A stretch of 64,000 nt of DNA from Nitrosopumilus sp. (GCA_965218695.1 OZ244651.1:1568001-1632000), one strand, 5' to 3'. Counted from the first letter of the stretch, positions 38,681 to 50,621 are shown. The notes: generated by a model not told the origin, from the letters alone. Numbers and translations are program-made.

Positions 38681-40045
38681 ATGAGGAGGAAGAAAAAGCA
38701 CAAGGTAACGGATCACATGCTTGAATTTGCCAGCGTTGTGGAATGGCTGGAGCAGCTGAGGCCGAGCGGAATCAGCCACGACATAAGGATCTGCACCAGC
38801 ACCAGGGTAGTGTACCTGTCCAACCTGACCGCGTTCAACGCGTGGCTGCCCGGCCGCGAGTTCCTCATCCGGGTGTCGGCCGCCAAGGACAACAAGATTG
38901 ACCACGAGAACGTCAAAAAGTCGTTTGCCGACGTGGAGACGTTACTCTATTTCGGGATGGACGAGAACGGGAACGCCAGGGAGGTAAGGAGAATCATAAA
39001 CAAGTACCTGGCAGACGCCATGCACGAGGGCAAGGCGCGCGCCACGAGGATGGGGATGTGCGCAGCGATAAAGTCGTACTTTGACACGCACGACGTGATG
39101 ACGTACGTCAGGTACGACGGGCGCGAAAGAAAGACGGAGGTGTCCGCCGACTCGCCCGAACTCACGCTGCCCGAATTCTACAAGATGATCACCGTCAGCA
39201 AGATAGACCACCTGACGCGTGCCGTGATGCTGGTAAAGTTGCAGGCGGGACTCGACAGGAGCACGCTTGCCGACAGGTTCAATTTTTACGCATACAAGCA
39301 GATAGCCAAGTTTTGCGGCACCATCAACCACAGGGAATGGTCATTGGACAAGTGCCCGATCCCCATCAAGCTGATGCGGGTAAAGACGGACCGCACGTTT
39401 ACCACCTTCATAGACCGCGACGCGTTGGAAGCCATCAAGAATTATTTAGCGTGGAGGGAGGAGACCCGCGGCCCCCACGATCCCGACGGGCCCATGTTTT
39501 TTACCAGCAGAAACGCGCCGGTGTCGATTGCCTGGACGTCAAACGCGTTTTCAAAACTGGCCAAATACGCCAGGACGCAGAAGCGCCTCGGGCTGCGCAC
39601 GTTCAAGATCACCTCTCACATGGTGCGCCACCTGCTGAAAACGACCATGCTGACGTGCGGGTGCGCGCCGTACGCAGCCGACCACTTTCTGGGCCACAAG
39701 CCCAAAGACCCCTATGAAAACCACGACCTGTACCCGGAAAACCTTAGAAAACAGTACGCCAAGGCGTCGCACAGGCTCAACGTGCTTTCCAAGGCCGTCT
39801 CGAACATAGAAGATCCCGAACCGGCAGACGCCGCAGAGAAGAGGCTCAAGGCCAAGGAAGCCGAAGTGAAACGACTGAAAAAAGAGAACAACGAACTGGC
39901 AGAGGCAAACGCCAAGAAAGACGCCGTGAGCGCCGGCGTGAAGGCCCAGCTCGAGGGAGTGGTAAAGGCGATCATCGACACGGCCGGAGAGCCGGACGGG
40001 GACTTTAAAAAGAACCTCAGGGACAGGCTCAGCGGGCTCGTTTAG
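38681..40045 (+). CDS. Tyrosine recombinase/integrase-like protein with a C-terminal coiled coil
   Basis: RVKT (K), SHMVRH (HxxR), FLGH and downstream Tyr residues; box I reads QAGLDRSTL. Confidence 0.8.
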   Translation: MRRKKKHKVTDHMLEFASVVEWLEQLRPSGISHDIRICTSTRVVYLSNLTAFNAWLPGREFLIRVSAAKDNKIDHENVKKSFADVETLLYFGMDENGNAREVRRIINKYLADAMHEGKARATRMGMCAAIKSYFDTHDVMTYVRYDGRERKTEVSADSPELTLPEFYKMITVSKIDHLTRAVMLVKLQAGLDRSTLADRFNFYAYKQIAKFCGTINHREWSLDKCPIPIKLMRVKTDRTFTTFIDRDALEAIKNYLAWREETRGPHDPDGPMFFTSRNAPVSIAWTSNAFSKLAKYARTQKRLGLRTFKITSHMVRHLLKTTMLTCGCAPYAADHFLGHKPKDPYENHDLYPENLRKQYAKASHRLNVLSKAVSNIEDPEPADAAEKRLKAKEAEVKRLKKENNELAEANAKKDAVSAGVKAQLEGVVKAIIDTAGEPDGDFKKNLRDRLSGLV

Positions 40046-40075
40046 GGCTTTTATTCTAATCGTTCCACGCTGCGC

Positions 40076-40354
40076 ATGCGGCAAAACATGGAATCGGTCA
40101 TGGAATGGCGACGCCTACTTGACGGCCTCAAGACGATAAGGATGTGCGAGCACGAGCAGGAAGTCGACGTCAAGTACGGCGACTGCGACGGCTTGAGGTT
40201 CCATATGTGCAGGGAGTGCTGGAACCGCGAGACGTTCCACAGGATAAGCAAGGATTCGGTGCAAGCAATCAGGCCGAACCAGTTGGACTCAGTGTCGGCA
40301 AAGTGCCTCAAGTGCGGTTCCGGCATGGATTCCTGCGGGTGCGGGACAGCATGA
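40076..40354 (+). CDS. Small Cys-rich hypothetical protein
   Basis: CREC and CLKC motifs; directly downstream of the integrase. Confidence 0.45.
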   Translation: MRQNMESVMEWRRLLDGLKTIRMCEHEQEVDVKYGDCDGLRFHMCRECWNRETFHRISKDSVQAIRPNQLDSVSAKCLKCGSGMDSCGCGTA

Positions 40355-40740
40355 CGGGAATCTTGGCTGAGGCATGGAACGCGTCGATTAAACCCAGATT
40401 GGGTCATGGCGCAACCGGCTACATGCTTGGGGCGTGGGCACCCCTCACGCCATTTCGTACCATTCATGCCATAAATGATAAACTGGTAATATTTTGAAAT
40501 ACGCGGTACGGCTCATGCAAGGATCTTCCGAGGACTTGACTCGGGGAGGCCTGCAACGGATCACGCTACGGGATCAAAAAGCCCGTTGGTAAAATCAGAC
40601 AACAAATAACTCCAGGCATGATCTAGCTGCCAGTATTCGCCTTCACAGTATATGGCCCTGTCCTCTGGTAGCAACCCCTCATCTATCATATGCTGGTTGC
40701 GTTCAGGATCCGCCCCGTATGAATAGCATGATACGTTGTA

Positions 40741-41835
40741 TAGTGGCGATCAAAAGTTCCTGCAAAATAATTCGGCTTTTCTGTTAAGGAATTTGAACAA
40801 ATCCAGATTGAATCTTGCAGTTCGATAATACTGGGAGACGGCACTGTGCATGTCCAAGAAGGTTTTGTAGTATTCTGAGACAAGCAGGTTCCGTTTTCCT
40901 TGGTGCCAGCATTCTTCCACGGCGTTGAGATACGGCGAGCCTTTTGGCAGGTATATGATCTTGATGTTCTTGTTCTCGCGCAGCAGCGTCCGGACGGCTT
41001 TTGCGCGGTGCGGGGACGCCCTGTCCACCATGACGGCCACCTTCCCAAAATGCCTCTGCAGGGCCTTGAGGTACGCAACAAATGTGGGCGCGTTAAACCC
41101 GCTGGCAGTCCTGAAGAACTGCCTGCCATCGGTCGTGACTGAACCGTACACGGCGATTCTTTTGTGGCTTCCCGTATATGGCACGGTTATTGGCACCCCC
41201 ACAGGCGACCAATACTTGCGACCCGATTTTACGTCGTGTATGAAGAACGCCTCGTCTTCCACGACTGGGACAAAATCGTCCTTTTCTAGGCGTGAAATTC
41301 TCTTTTTGAGGCGATATTGCCAGCTTTTTACGGCCGTTTTGGTGGCCCTGTTGATGTGGATCCTTTGCGACCCCTTGGGAGACAGGCCGTATTTTTGCAT
41401 GATTTTCCTGATATTCGTTCTGTGCATCTTTGTTCCCGTTTCCCTGTGTATGACCTGCTGCAGTTCGGCAGGAGTGGTCTTGAACCGGTCCACTACCTTG
41501 TCCAGTATGCCGTCCATCGCTTCCGGCGAAATCTTGGGCGGCCTGCCGGATCTGGGAAGATCCCGGAGGCCTTCGAGGCCTCCTTCCTCGTATCTGCGCA
41601 TCCAGCGGTATACCCACCGGTCAGCCTGCAAGAGAATGTCTGCGGCATCGCTTATGCTCATCTTGCGCACGTGTACCATGTGCACTGCAAGCATTCTGAC
41701 ACGCACCCTGCCGTCTTTTTCCTTTTTGTACGCCTTTTCGAGTTCTTCCTGTTTTGTTTCGTCCATGCTGCGTTCAAGGACCACGGATCTACATAGTTTT
41801 CGGGCAGAATTTGTCAAAACTTTTGCGCGTCACTA
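40741..41835 (-). mobile_element. IS630-family element, copy 1 (transposase 40750-41766)
   Basis: TA flanks; imperfect IRs TAGTGGCGATCAAAAGTT / TAGTGACGCGCAAAAAGTT; DLPRSGRPP, EDEA, VDRASPH and SPYLNAVEECW motifs. Confidence 0.93.
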
Positions 41836-42707
41836 TAGTCAAGGAGCTTCCATCAAACATATATCATGACGGAGGTGCCATGGTTACGGGTCTGGACAAC
41901 CAAGTGTATGCGGTGATTGGCGACACCGGAAAATACGGTCCCCTTCAAAACAAATCCCTTGAGAATCTTTATCCGCCCGGCACTACTGACTATCTGGATA
42001 CCAGCGTCATTCTGCGCGTGGATCCGGAGGGGCCGTACCAAGCCGTGGGGATCAGAAACAGCTTTGGACTGGCCATAGATCCGATAACCGGAAACCTGTG
42101 GGACACTGAAAACGGGGATGATGATTTTGATGAAATCAACCTGGTTCCGGATAGATTCAACAGCGGATGGAACAAGGTATCGGGACCTGCAACGCAGTCC
42201 GAACTTGACAGCCTTGTAGTTTATGAGGACTATGTCTACAAGGATCCCGAATTCAGCTGGAAGCAGGTTGTTGCGCCCACCGGTCTGAGTTTTGGAAAAT
42301 TCAAAGAGACCAACGCTCATGACGACTCGCTCTTTGTAGGGGACTGCAACTATGGAAATCTTTACAAGCTCACGCTAAACCAGAACCGGGATGGATTCGA
42401 GTTTGCCAATCCTGATCTGCAGGACAATCTGGTCGGCGACGGTGATTCCATGGATGAGATAATACTTGGCACAGGCTTTAAATGCATTACAGACATCGAA
42501 AGGGGACCTGACGGTTTTCTATACGTTGTATCCCACGGCGAAAAGGAAATTTATAGAATTGTTCCAGTAGAGGCCCTAGGAGAAGGGCCCGCACCTGATA
42601 GCCCACCACCAGAACAGGTGACGACCACTTCCATTGTGCTGGTGGCCCTGCTGGGCGTCTTTACAGCCGTTGCAGTATTCTTCGTAATGAAGACAAAAAA
42701 GAAATAA
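41836..42707 (+). pseudogene. PQQ-dependent (GSDH-like) sugar dehydrogenase, 5'-truncated at the IS630 end
   Basis: HDGG, IGD, GIRNSFGLAIDP, ENGDDDFDEINLV, NSGW and APTG motifs; C-terminal TM helix. No N-terminal half on the other side of the IS. Confidence 0.8.
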
Positions 42708-42714
42708 TGCAATT

Positions 42715-43155
42715 ATGGAAAGGTTTTTGAGGAAACAAACACCAATACCGTCCATGACCGGTACGGGAAGAGCGCTCAAGGCAACATCAATCGATCATGT
42801 AAACATGCAGGTCAAGAATTTGGAACAGAGTGTGAGGTTTTACGCCGACCTCTTTGGTTTTGAAATAAAACAGGAATCCAACACAAACAAGGCAGATCTG
42901 CCGTCCAAGATCATTGGTAATGATGCAATCAAGCTTTGCATGTATGAGGTGCCTGACATGTCTCCGGAGGGAGGAATTGCCCATTTTGGATTTAACATTG
43001 CCAATTTTGATGAAATAATTGAAAAATGCAGGGAGTCCGGGGCTGAGATACTTTATGGCGGCATAGTGGACTGGGAGACATCAAGATCAGTGTACATCGT
43101 AGATCCGAGCGGCTATGAAGTGGAACTAGGCGAAGTTCCCGGCGGCGGAATATAG
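42715..43155 (+). CDS. VOC/glyoxalase-family protein
   Basis: IDHVNMQVKNLEQSVRFYADLFGF, HFGF and YIVDPSGYEVEL motifs. Confidence 0.9.
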   Translation: MERFLRKQTPIPSMTGTGRALKATSIDHVNMQVKNLEQSVRFYADLFGFEIKQESNTNKADLPSKIIGNDAIKLCMYEVPDMSPEGGIAHFGFNIANFDEIIEKCRESGAEILYGGIVDWETSRSVYIVDPSGYEVELGEVPGGGI

Positions 43156-43656
43156 GATTCGTCGTCTATCGGCCAGATCCTGCCTGTAGAATCTGTCCGG
43201 GTGCGGCATGATGCCGGACATGACGATGAATATTTGCAGAATCATTCATACCAATATCTGAACAAATCCTGCATACTGTTAGGGAAGTAGCACGTTTTGC
43301 TAGAAAATAATATTAAACTGATCGATTCATGCGCTCGCGTTTGATACATGAAATACGTTGCATCCAGAAGTTCTTAAACACGGATGGTCCGGTTGCGGCC
43401 ACGTGTTGGCCAACCGAGCTTGACAAAAGCGCATCGGGGCGGGCAGAGGTCACCGGAGTTTGGATGTATTATGCGGCGTGTAATTGACCTGATGCATGAT
43501 TTTTTGACATATGCTCAAAGACGACGAATTGGAAGGGTTTCTGCCGGCTTGTGCAGTCATGACATATTTACAGCACGTTTTTTATTCTTCCAGTTCCAAA
43601 CTATCAATACAATTACTGTGAGTGCTCCAAAGTAATTAAGAACGATTTTAATGTTG

Positions 43657-45182
43657 GTAAGTGTTCACGTGGTTTAACTCATTTTTAGGCGTATTTTGCA
43701 ATCTCCGCCAAGTAATCCAATTTCTTGTTTTTCCATGTCATTACGCATGAAAAGAAATTCGCCATCCACGTCATCGTCTCCTCTGCCCTTATGCTGCCCC
43801 GTATCTTTCTGTGCACGACTATCTCGCGCAACCCGCGTTCTGCAGCATTGTTTGTCGGCGGGATCTTTGGATTCAGCACGAACCGGAACAGGTCGCTGCC
43901 AGCATTGCTGATCTTGACCATGAATTTTTTCAAGATTGGATCATCGGCGTACCTTGCAACGATCTTGTCGATGCATGACGTCAGCATGGCAGATGCGTTG
44001 TCCCGGAAAGAGCGAGAGCGTTTCCTGCTTGCCCTTCTGGCATAGTCATAGATTATGCGCAGGTGCTTCAGGACGTTGCGCGCGCCTGGGCAGTCAGGAT
44101 TGCGGTTGCAGATGTCCCTGGCCTCGCGTATTATGTGCGACCAGCAACACGCTGGACGCGGTATTTTCCGTACGCCGTCCAGCCGTCGCACACTAATATG
44201 CCGTTCCAACCCCCAAGTGCTTCTTTCAGAACCTTTGCCCCCCGGCTGCCTCGTATCACGTACAGCGCGTGCCCGGTCAGCGGATCGTGCAGTATCCACA
44301 CCCAGACGTTGCGGCCGTTTAGGTGAATCGATGTCTCGTCGGCGTGCAGTATCCTAGCCTTGCGTATCATGGCGGCAATGGCTGCTGCCGGGGTACCCGG
44401 CGACGCTCCCAGCCTGCGCATTATGTTGTGCGTCGTGCCCGAGGAGAGTGTAATTCCGTACCGCGACATGCGGTCTGCGATCATCCTAAACTGCATGCGA
44501 CATGCATAGTCGTCTGCAACCTCAGTAGTTATGCTCGAATCGTAGCTGCCCTTGTCTGGAAGGCAGGTCTCGGGCTTGATGTCCCCCGGACTGCAGGAGC
44601 AGCGACACGTGTTTACGGTGTGGCGCGTGGTGATGACCTTTGTCGTGCGCTCCACCCGGGTGATGTCGCGTTTTTCTGACTGCACTATGGAAAGGTTTTC
44701 CGAGCCGCATTCCGGGCAGGCCTCCGGGGTGTGTTCCTCAAACTCTGTGGGTTTTGGCTTGCTGGTGCGGCCCTCGTGGCCTTTTTGTCCCCCGCGCGAC
44801 TTCCCGCTGCCGGCCGCATCCACGCGGTCCTTTTGGTTCCGGGGGGTTTTTGTGGATTTATTGTCGGCATTCTTTTTGCCATCTTTTCCCTTTGCGTCGG
44901 GCCATCCGGGCCCCCTTTTGTGATGACGGGGTGTTGTAATTGTCATGTCGCGCCAGCCTGCGCTTAAGATCAGCAACTGCCAGATTCAATTCCTCAATCA
45001 TCTGCCCTTGCATCTCAATCGTCTGTTTGAGCTTGATGTTCTCAGTCTTGAGATCCGCGTACATCCTTTTGAGTTCAGCCTGGCTTTTCACATCGGGTTT
45101 GGATTACCATCCTATTTGGATCTGTGGTTTGCACAAAATTTACTCATGAGTGAACTGAATTAGGCACGACGTGAACACATAC
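43657..45182 (-). mobile_element. IS66-family element with a frameshifted transposase (43685-45091)
   Basis: IR GTA(A/T)GTGTTCACGT; pieces YNTPSS, HADETS, VCDGW and PTNNAAERGLR lie in separate ORF pieces; no TSD. Confidence 0.88.
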
Positions 45183-45184
45183 CA

Positions 45185-45907
45185 ATGAACGATGCAGTCA
45201 TTGACGTAAAGAAATACATGAAACCCACGATGCGGTTATTCAAGCGCGTGTTAAAGAATGCCGGTTACGATGTTCCGTATGTAGCGCGCATTTGTGGTTT
45301 AGCCCTAAATGAAGCAGGACGTCATGATGAGACGATATCTGTACTTCAGGGTTTGGTCGAGCAGGTACCCTATGATGGCATTGTGCTCCAAACTCTTGGA
45401 GAATCATACTATGCGAAAGGAGACGCTATCTTTGGCAAAGCATGGCTCATAATCGCAATGAAGACAGCGCACAAGGTGTGTGAGATGTTTGGAACACAAA
45501 ACAGTCCCAGAGGCGCCGCGCATGCTTCAAAGACGAATTTGCCAAACGTTTGGATCAATAATGCATTACTCTACAGGGCGATCGGGGAGACGTTTCGGCT
45601 CAACGAGGAAATGGACTTGGCGGCGCGGTGCTTTGAGGCCGCCCTTACACAATATCCGAGCTATATCTTGTTGCAAATAGACATCGGAAGCACGTTTATC
45701 GGAATGAGAATGAATGAAAAAGCAATTGGTTGCTTCAAAAAGGTGGTTGCTGTAGAGCCCACAAACACGTTCGCATTAGGACAGCTTGGAATACTTTATG
45801 GAGTATCAGATACAAAGGAATCTGAGAAATATTATAAAATGGTGCTAAAACTGGAACCGGAAAACGAATCAGTCAAGCGCGACCTAGAATCTTTACACGA
45901 TATATGA
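45185..45907 (+). CDS. TPR-repeat protein, possibly 5'-truncated by the IS
   Basis: TPR-like segments such as LGESYYAKGD, AIGCFKKVVAVEP and YYKMVLKLEP. Confidence 0.75.
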   Translation: MNDAVIDVKKYMKPTMRLFKRVLKNAGYDVPYVARICGLALNEAGRHDETISVLQGLVEQVPYDGIVLQTLGESYYAKGDAIFGKAWLIIAMKTAHKVCEMFGTQNSPRGAAHASKTNLPNVWINNALLYRAIGETFRLNEEMDLAARCFEAALTQYPSYILLQIDIGSTFIGMRMNEKAIGCFKKVVAVEPTNTFALGQLGILYGVSDTKESEKYYKMVLKLEPENESVKRDLESLHDI

Positions 45908-45988
45908 CAAGGAATGTTCAAACCCTCTGCCTGAATGTGTTATGTTTGATCATAAGCCGTCACATAAAACACACATGATTCACGAAGG

Positions 45989-46546
45989 CTAGTAGATCAT
46001 CAGATCCTTCTCTTCCAAGAGCGCGTGGATGCCGTGTACAGAACGAAACACGTCCTCCTCGGTCTTGCCGCCCGTGCACACCAACTTGCCGGAGGCAAAC
46101 AACAGTATGACGGTCTTTGGATCCAATATCCTGTGTATGAGTCCCGGGAACTGCTCCGGCTCGTATATGCTGCGCGGCAGCGTGCGTGCTGCATCCTCGA
46201 TGCGGATTCTCCCGCCCAGGTTTATCGCGGCCACGATGTTCTGGACCGTGACTGTCGCGTCGTTTTTGATATGGATGCCGTTCTTCCTGAGTTTGTGCAC
46301 CACGGTGTTTACCGCCTTGGCTGCCAGCTCTCCTGACTTTGCACCCGTGCACACCATTTTGCCGGTCCGGAATATCAGCGTGGCAGTCTTTGGTACGGCA
46401 AGCCTGAAGACCAGGCCGGGGAACTGTTTCGGGTGGTACTCGGTTCCTGGAAACTTTTCCTGTATGTCATACAGGTCCATCTTCTGGCCGACTGACGCGG
46501 TAGCGACCACGTTCTCGACTGTGATCACGGGCTTGGTCTGCGGCAT
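45989..46546 (-). CDS. tbp: TATA-box-binding protein
   Basis: Two TBP repeats: VENVVATA...EYHPKQFPGLVFRL...LIFRTGKMVCTGAKS and VQNIVAA...YEPEQFPGLIHR...LLFASGKLVCTG. Confidence 0.97.
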   Translation of the reverse strand: MPQTKPVITVENVVATASVGQKMDLYDIQEKFPGTEYHPKQFPGLVFRLAVPKTATLIFRTGKMVCTGAKSGELAAKAVNTVVHKLRKNGIHIKNDATVTVQNIVAAINLGGRIRIEDAARTLPRSIYEPEQFPGLIHRILDPKTVILLFASGKLVCTGGKTEEDVFRSVHGIHALLEEKDLMIY

Positions 46547-46700
46547 GGATCGGGCTTTGCTGCCTGCCATATATCAGTGATGGGGCCGCAAATCTAAATC
46601 CGTGATCATGGGTGCGTTGGTGTCGGCAACACACGTTGGCACGCTCTGACTGCACGTTGTCCGGTGCCTGGGCAAATACCATAAATGTGGGAGGGAGGTT

Positions 46701-47039
46701 ATGCCGTCTAGTATGGAGAAACTGGAAAAAATAGGAGATTTGGTTAGGCATTATGATGGGCCCGGCGTGTTTTTGTTTACGAAGCACCTGTCCGATGATA
46801 GTCGCATACATGCCACGTCGTGCCAATCCGTAAAATTCCGGTATGATGCGAACCTCGTTCGGAACACCCCGCTCAGTGCCGGCCACGGAAGGAACGAATA
46901 CTTTTGGTGTGAGACGCTGGAAGAGGCCAAAAAGGTATGGTTAAAGTGGCACACGAACCCAAAAGATCAAACGTGCAGGAAGTGTAAAATGCCCCCGCTC
47001 ACTGATGATGAGATACAGGCAGCAAGGCCATCAAACTGA
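46701..47039 (+). CDS. Hypothetical protein
   Basis: 112-aa ORF with HATSC and CRKC; co-oriented with and 10 nt from the nuclease gene. Confidence 0.55.
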   Translation: MPSSMEKLEKIGDLVRHYDGPGVFLFTKHLSDDSRIHATSCQSVKFRYDANLVRNTPLSAGHGRNEYFWCETLEEAKKVWLKWHTNPKDQTCRKCKMPPLTDDEIQAARPSN

Positions 47040-47049
47040 TTGAACGCAG

Positions 47050-47604
47050 TTGAACGGCAAAACAATCATAATTCTTGGCGTCATCTTGGCTGTCGCATTG
47101 GGCGTGGCCCTGGCAGCCGCGCTGTTTGCAGGTCTGCAGGACGACACGGCGCCGCATTTGGTGGAACCCCAACACGATCCTGTACCGGTAGAACCGCGTC
47201 CCGCAGGAGTGCACCCGGATGCAACACAAGGCAAAATAACCAAGATTATCGACGGCGACACGCTACATTTTGACGCCGTCAGGTACAGGCTCAGCCTGAT
47301 TGACACGCCGGAACGCGGGGAAGACGGATTCTGGGAGGCCACCAACGCCTTGAAGGAACTGTGCCCGAAGGGCAGCATCGCGTACATGGACGAGGACTCC
47401 ATTAGACAGTTCGACAAGTACGGTCGCCACTTGGGGACGGTGTGGTGCGAGGGCAATAACTATTCCACGACTGCAGGCGCGTGGCTGCACGCAAACGGCC
47501 TTCTGGAGAAGTTTTACGCCGAGTTTTGCAGTTCCACGGAGGCCGCTACATCGGAATGGGCCGAAGTCACCGGGACATGGACGTATTATGAGGCGTGCAA
47601 ATGA
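47050..47604 (+). CDS. Thermonuclease (SNase)-family protein with an N-terminal TM anchor
   Basis: IIDGDTL, RLSLIDTPE and DKYGRHLG motifs. Confidence 0.88.
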   Translation: MNGKTIIILGVILAVALGVALAAALFAGLQDDTAPHLVEPQHDPVPVEPRPAGVHPDATQGKITKIIDGDTLHFDAVRYRLSLIDTPERGEDGFWEATNALKELCPKGSIAYMDEDSIRQFDKYGRHLGTVWCEGNNYSTTAGAWLHANGLLEKFYAEFCSSTEAATSEWAEVTGTWTYYEACK

Positions 47605-47663
47605 CATGACATGCGTCTGATTTCTAATTACGGATAGTCTACTGTATTGTTTCCCATACATAC

Positions 47664-50536
47664 TCATGAGCCGATTCGATATTTGTCCAATCCCTTCTTC
47701 CCAACATTGGTGTCAAACACGTCTCCCGTGACAAACATCGCCCCCACCAGTTGCAGTTTTACGTCGGCGGGTTCTTCCGGAACCTCTTCGCTCTCGCGTG
47801 GCTTGGCCGCTATTGCCAGGTGTTTGCCCAACGCGAGTATGCCCGAGACCAGAGCGCCGACGTCCTTGCCGCGCTGATACTCTGCAAGCATCCGGTCAAT
47901 GTCTGTGACCCACGGTCGGATGTAATCCGAGGTGGCCACGTGCAGCACTGCTTCGGCATCACTCTCGGTAATGTTCCCGCCGTCAACCTCCCTGCCGAGG
48001 GTTCTCTTTATCTCGGTGACATTCTTTTCGTGTTTCTGTTTCTTCTTGGTCTTGAGGTATACCAAAAGTGAAAAGTTGATGCGATTGTCACATATTTTAC
48101 CGCATCTAGAGTTATACCAATTTCACGTCCCACAGTCAATGAAGATCAAGACGATGTTGAAAAGATACACCGCTGAGACAGACTGCGATACCAAGGACCG
48201 CATGATGCTGATCATCAGAGTCAAACGTGATGGAATAACCATGAGGGATTCTGCAAAATCCCTGGGAAAGTCAGCCTCGTGGGGCTACAAGTGGCATGAG
48301 CGCTACCTGGAAGTCGGATTTGACAGGCTGGGAAACATGCCGCGCTCCGGCAGGCCGACCAAGGCGAGCAAGGCAGACATGAAGAAGATCAGAAAGGCCG
48401 CATGCAGTAAACCGGTCTGGACGGGCAGGGAGATGCAGCAATACATCCAACAGAAGACCGGAGTAAAGTACGAACTCGGATATGTGCGCCAGATACTGCG
48501 CGGGTGGGGCTATTCCCAAAAGGTTCCCGTAGGAAAACATGCAAGAAGGGCACCTGACGAGGAGATCAGGAAATTCCAAAAAGAGATGCCAGAGATTATA
48601 AAAAAAGAACAGTGAAGGAACAGTCGTAGCGATACAGGACGAGTCCATAGTAATCTCCGATGCGCGGCCGCGAAGACGCGGCTACACCAGGAAGGGAATA
48701 CGGGCGTTTTTCACGTACACCGGCTCACACTCCAAGACGATAATCCATGGACTAATCACCACGGACGGCAGGGGCATGTTCCGGCAGTACGATGCGTTTA
48801 CCAAGGACACCTTTGAGGACTTTCTAAGGCAGGCGATGTACAGGTTCAAGAAGATCTGCCTGATCATGGACAAGGCCTCCCAGCACAGGGCATCAAACAT
48901 ACGCAAACTGCTTGATGGCACAGACGGCCTGGAGATAATCTTCCTGCCAACTGCAACCCCGGACCTGAGCGCCATAGAGACGTACTGGAGGGATCTCAAA
49001 CGGGCAGTGCTTGACGTGCCGTACACCAGCCTGAGCATGCTCCGCGAGGCGATCACCCGGTACACGAGGTACAAAAAACCGAATCTGGTAGTCGAGAATT
49101 TTCTGTACAGGGCCATCTAGAACGACATCAAACCGCACCGGATCCACGCCGCCTAGCGTGTGCCATGCACGGCGCACCAGAGCATGCAATGTCTAATGTT
49201 TGGAGCGTCTTTTCTCGTCATTTGGGAATTCAACGCACCTCGTAATTTCCAGAGACGGCTGTTGCATCAAAAATTTATGAGCGATTTTGATATGAATTTT
49301 TCATTGCTGGTATACTTTACGTCGTTGAGTACCTGCCCCTTGTTTTTGATTATCGCCGCGCGCGCCTTGGCGTCTATCATCAGTAACTCCCTGAATGATT
49401 CGGCATTGTCTTGCCCGTCCATAGGAAGGTGTCTGGGGGTGTCTACGCCGCATGACGCCCTCAGTATCGCTTCCGTGTCGTCGTCGGGAACAGTCGCCGT
49501 GTCCTTTTTGTAGTCATACATCACGAAATACACGCGGCGTTCAGGCTTTTCTTGCAGGTAGGCAAGCACGGCGTGCTGTCCCTCGCCTCTCTTTCCGCTG
49601 CGCCGTCCCATGGAAATTTCCTTCATGCTGTCGATTCCGCGTTCCTTGATGCACTTGGAAAGCTCGTTTATGGGCGTGTTTGCCGGCATCAGGTCTGACT
49701 CGCGCTCCATCTGCTTTACTATCGTGTCGGATCCGTCCCCGCTCTCGCTCAGGACCCTTATCCTTTTCTCGATCGAGCCGTTGTACTGCTTGTATTCGGG
49801 AACAGTACCCAGCAGTTCGGCTGCAAGCCCCACGGTCTTGTTCACGACGTCTATCTTGTGCAAAAGCTTGCCCACCAACTTCAGGACCGCGTCCAGCTCC
49901 TTGTCCGGATAGCACGCCCTGGAATGCACCACGCCGTGCCTGCTCGTGAGTCTGTCTACCCTTCCGGTTCTCTGCACTATCCGCATCGGGTTCCATGGAA
50001 GGTCGTAGTTTATGATATAGTTGCAGTCCTGAAGGTTCTGTCCCTCGGAGAGGACTTCGGTGGACACCAGAATGTCTATCTCCTTGTCGTTGAGTTTCTC
50101 GTCCTCGGCCAGGTTTGATTTCGGGGCAAACCTCCGAATGTAGTTCATCCGGGTTTTTGGGTCAGAGCTTCCTGTTATGCACTCGACTGACTTGTCCTTG
50201 AATATGTTTTTCAGGTTTTTGGTGACGTATTTTGCAGTGGCGGTGTATTCGGTGAACACCAACACCTTCCCACCTTCGTTTTCCAAGATTCGATCCTTCA
50301 TTATCGTCTTCTCCACTTCCTGCAGTTTGGTGTCTATCGTTATCTTCTCCACCTCGGCAAGGAGGTATTCGAGCCGTCCCAGATCCGAATCGACATCGCG
50401 TTTGAGCCCTTCAAGGTCGTACTCTTTTCCGACGTCTTCCTGGGGGATCTTTTCAAGTTCCTTCATGAGGTATTCCTCTTGCTCCTCGTCCGTGTCCGAA
50501 TCGCTGCCGCGCACGGATGAGTGAAACTTTTGCATT
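47664..50536 (-). pseudogene. SNF2-type helicase C-terminal half, split by IS630 and 5'-truncated
   Basis: VLVFTEY, STEVLSEGQNLQ and NYDLPWNPMRIVQRTGRVDR motifs. Removing 48060-49312 plus one TA joins ...LNDVKY|LKTKKKQKHEK... in frame with ORF 47664-48065. Confidence 0.85.
48060..49312 (+). mobile_element. IS630-family element; transposase in two frames (about 48139-48615 and about 48605-49120)
   Basis: Ends TATACCAAAAGTGAAAAGTT / TATACCAGCAATGAAAAATT with TA duplication; PRSGRP, IQDES, MDKASQH and PDLSAIE motifs. Confidence 0.88.
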
Positions 50537-50621
50537 AGAAGATATGCGTAATCCATCCATTTTACCAACCCTGCCATAAAAAACCGGAAAAATACGGCCT
50601 AAAACTACTCGTGTCGGGCAT

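Noticed and set aside
47664-48065. Stand-alone hypothetical gene
   Set aside because: It is the in-frame C-terminus of the SNF2-type helicase split by IS630.
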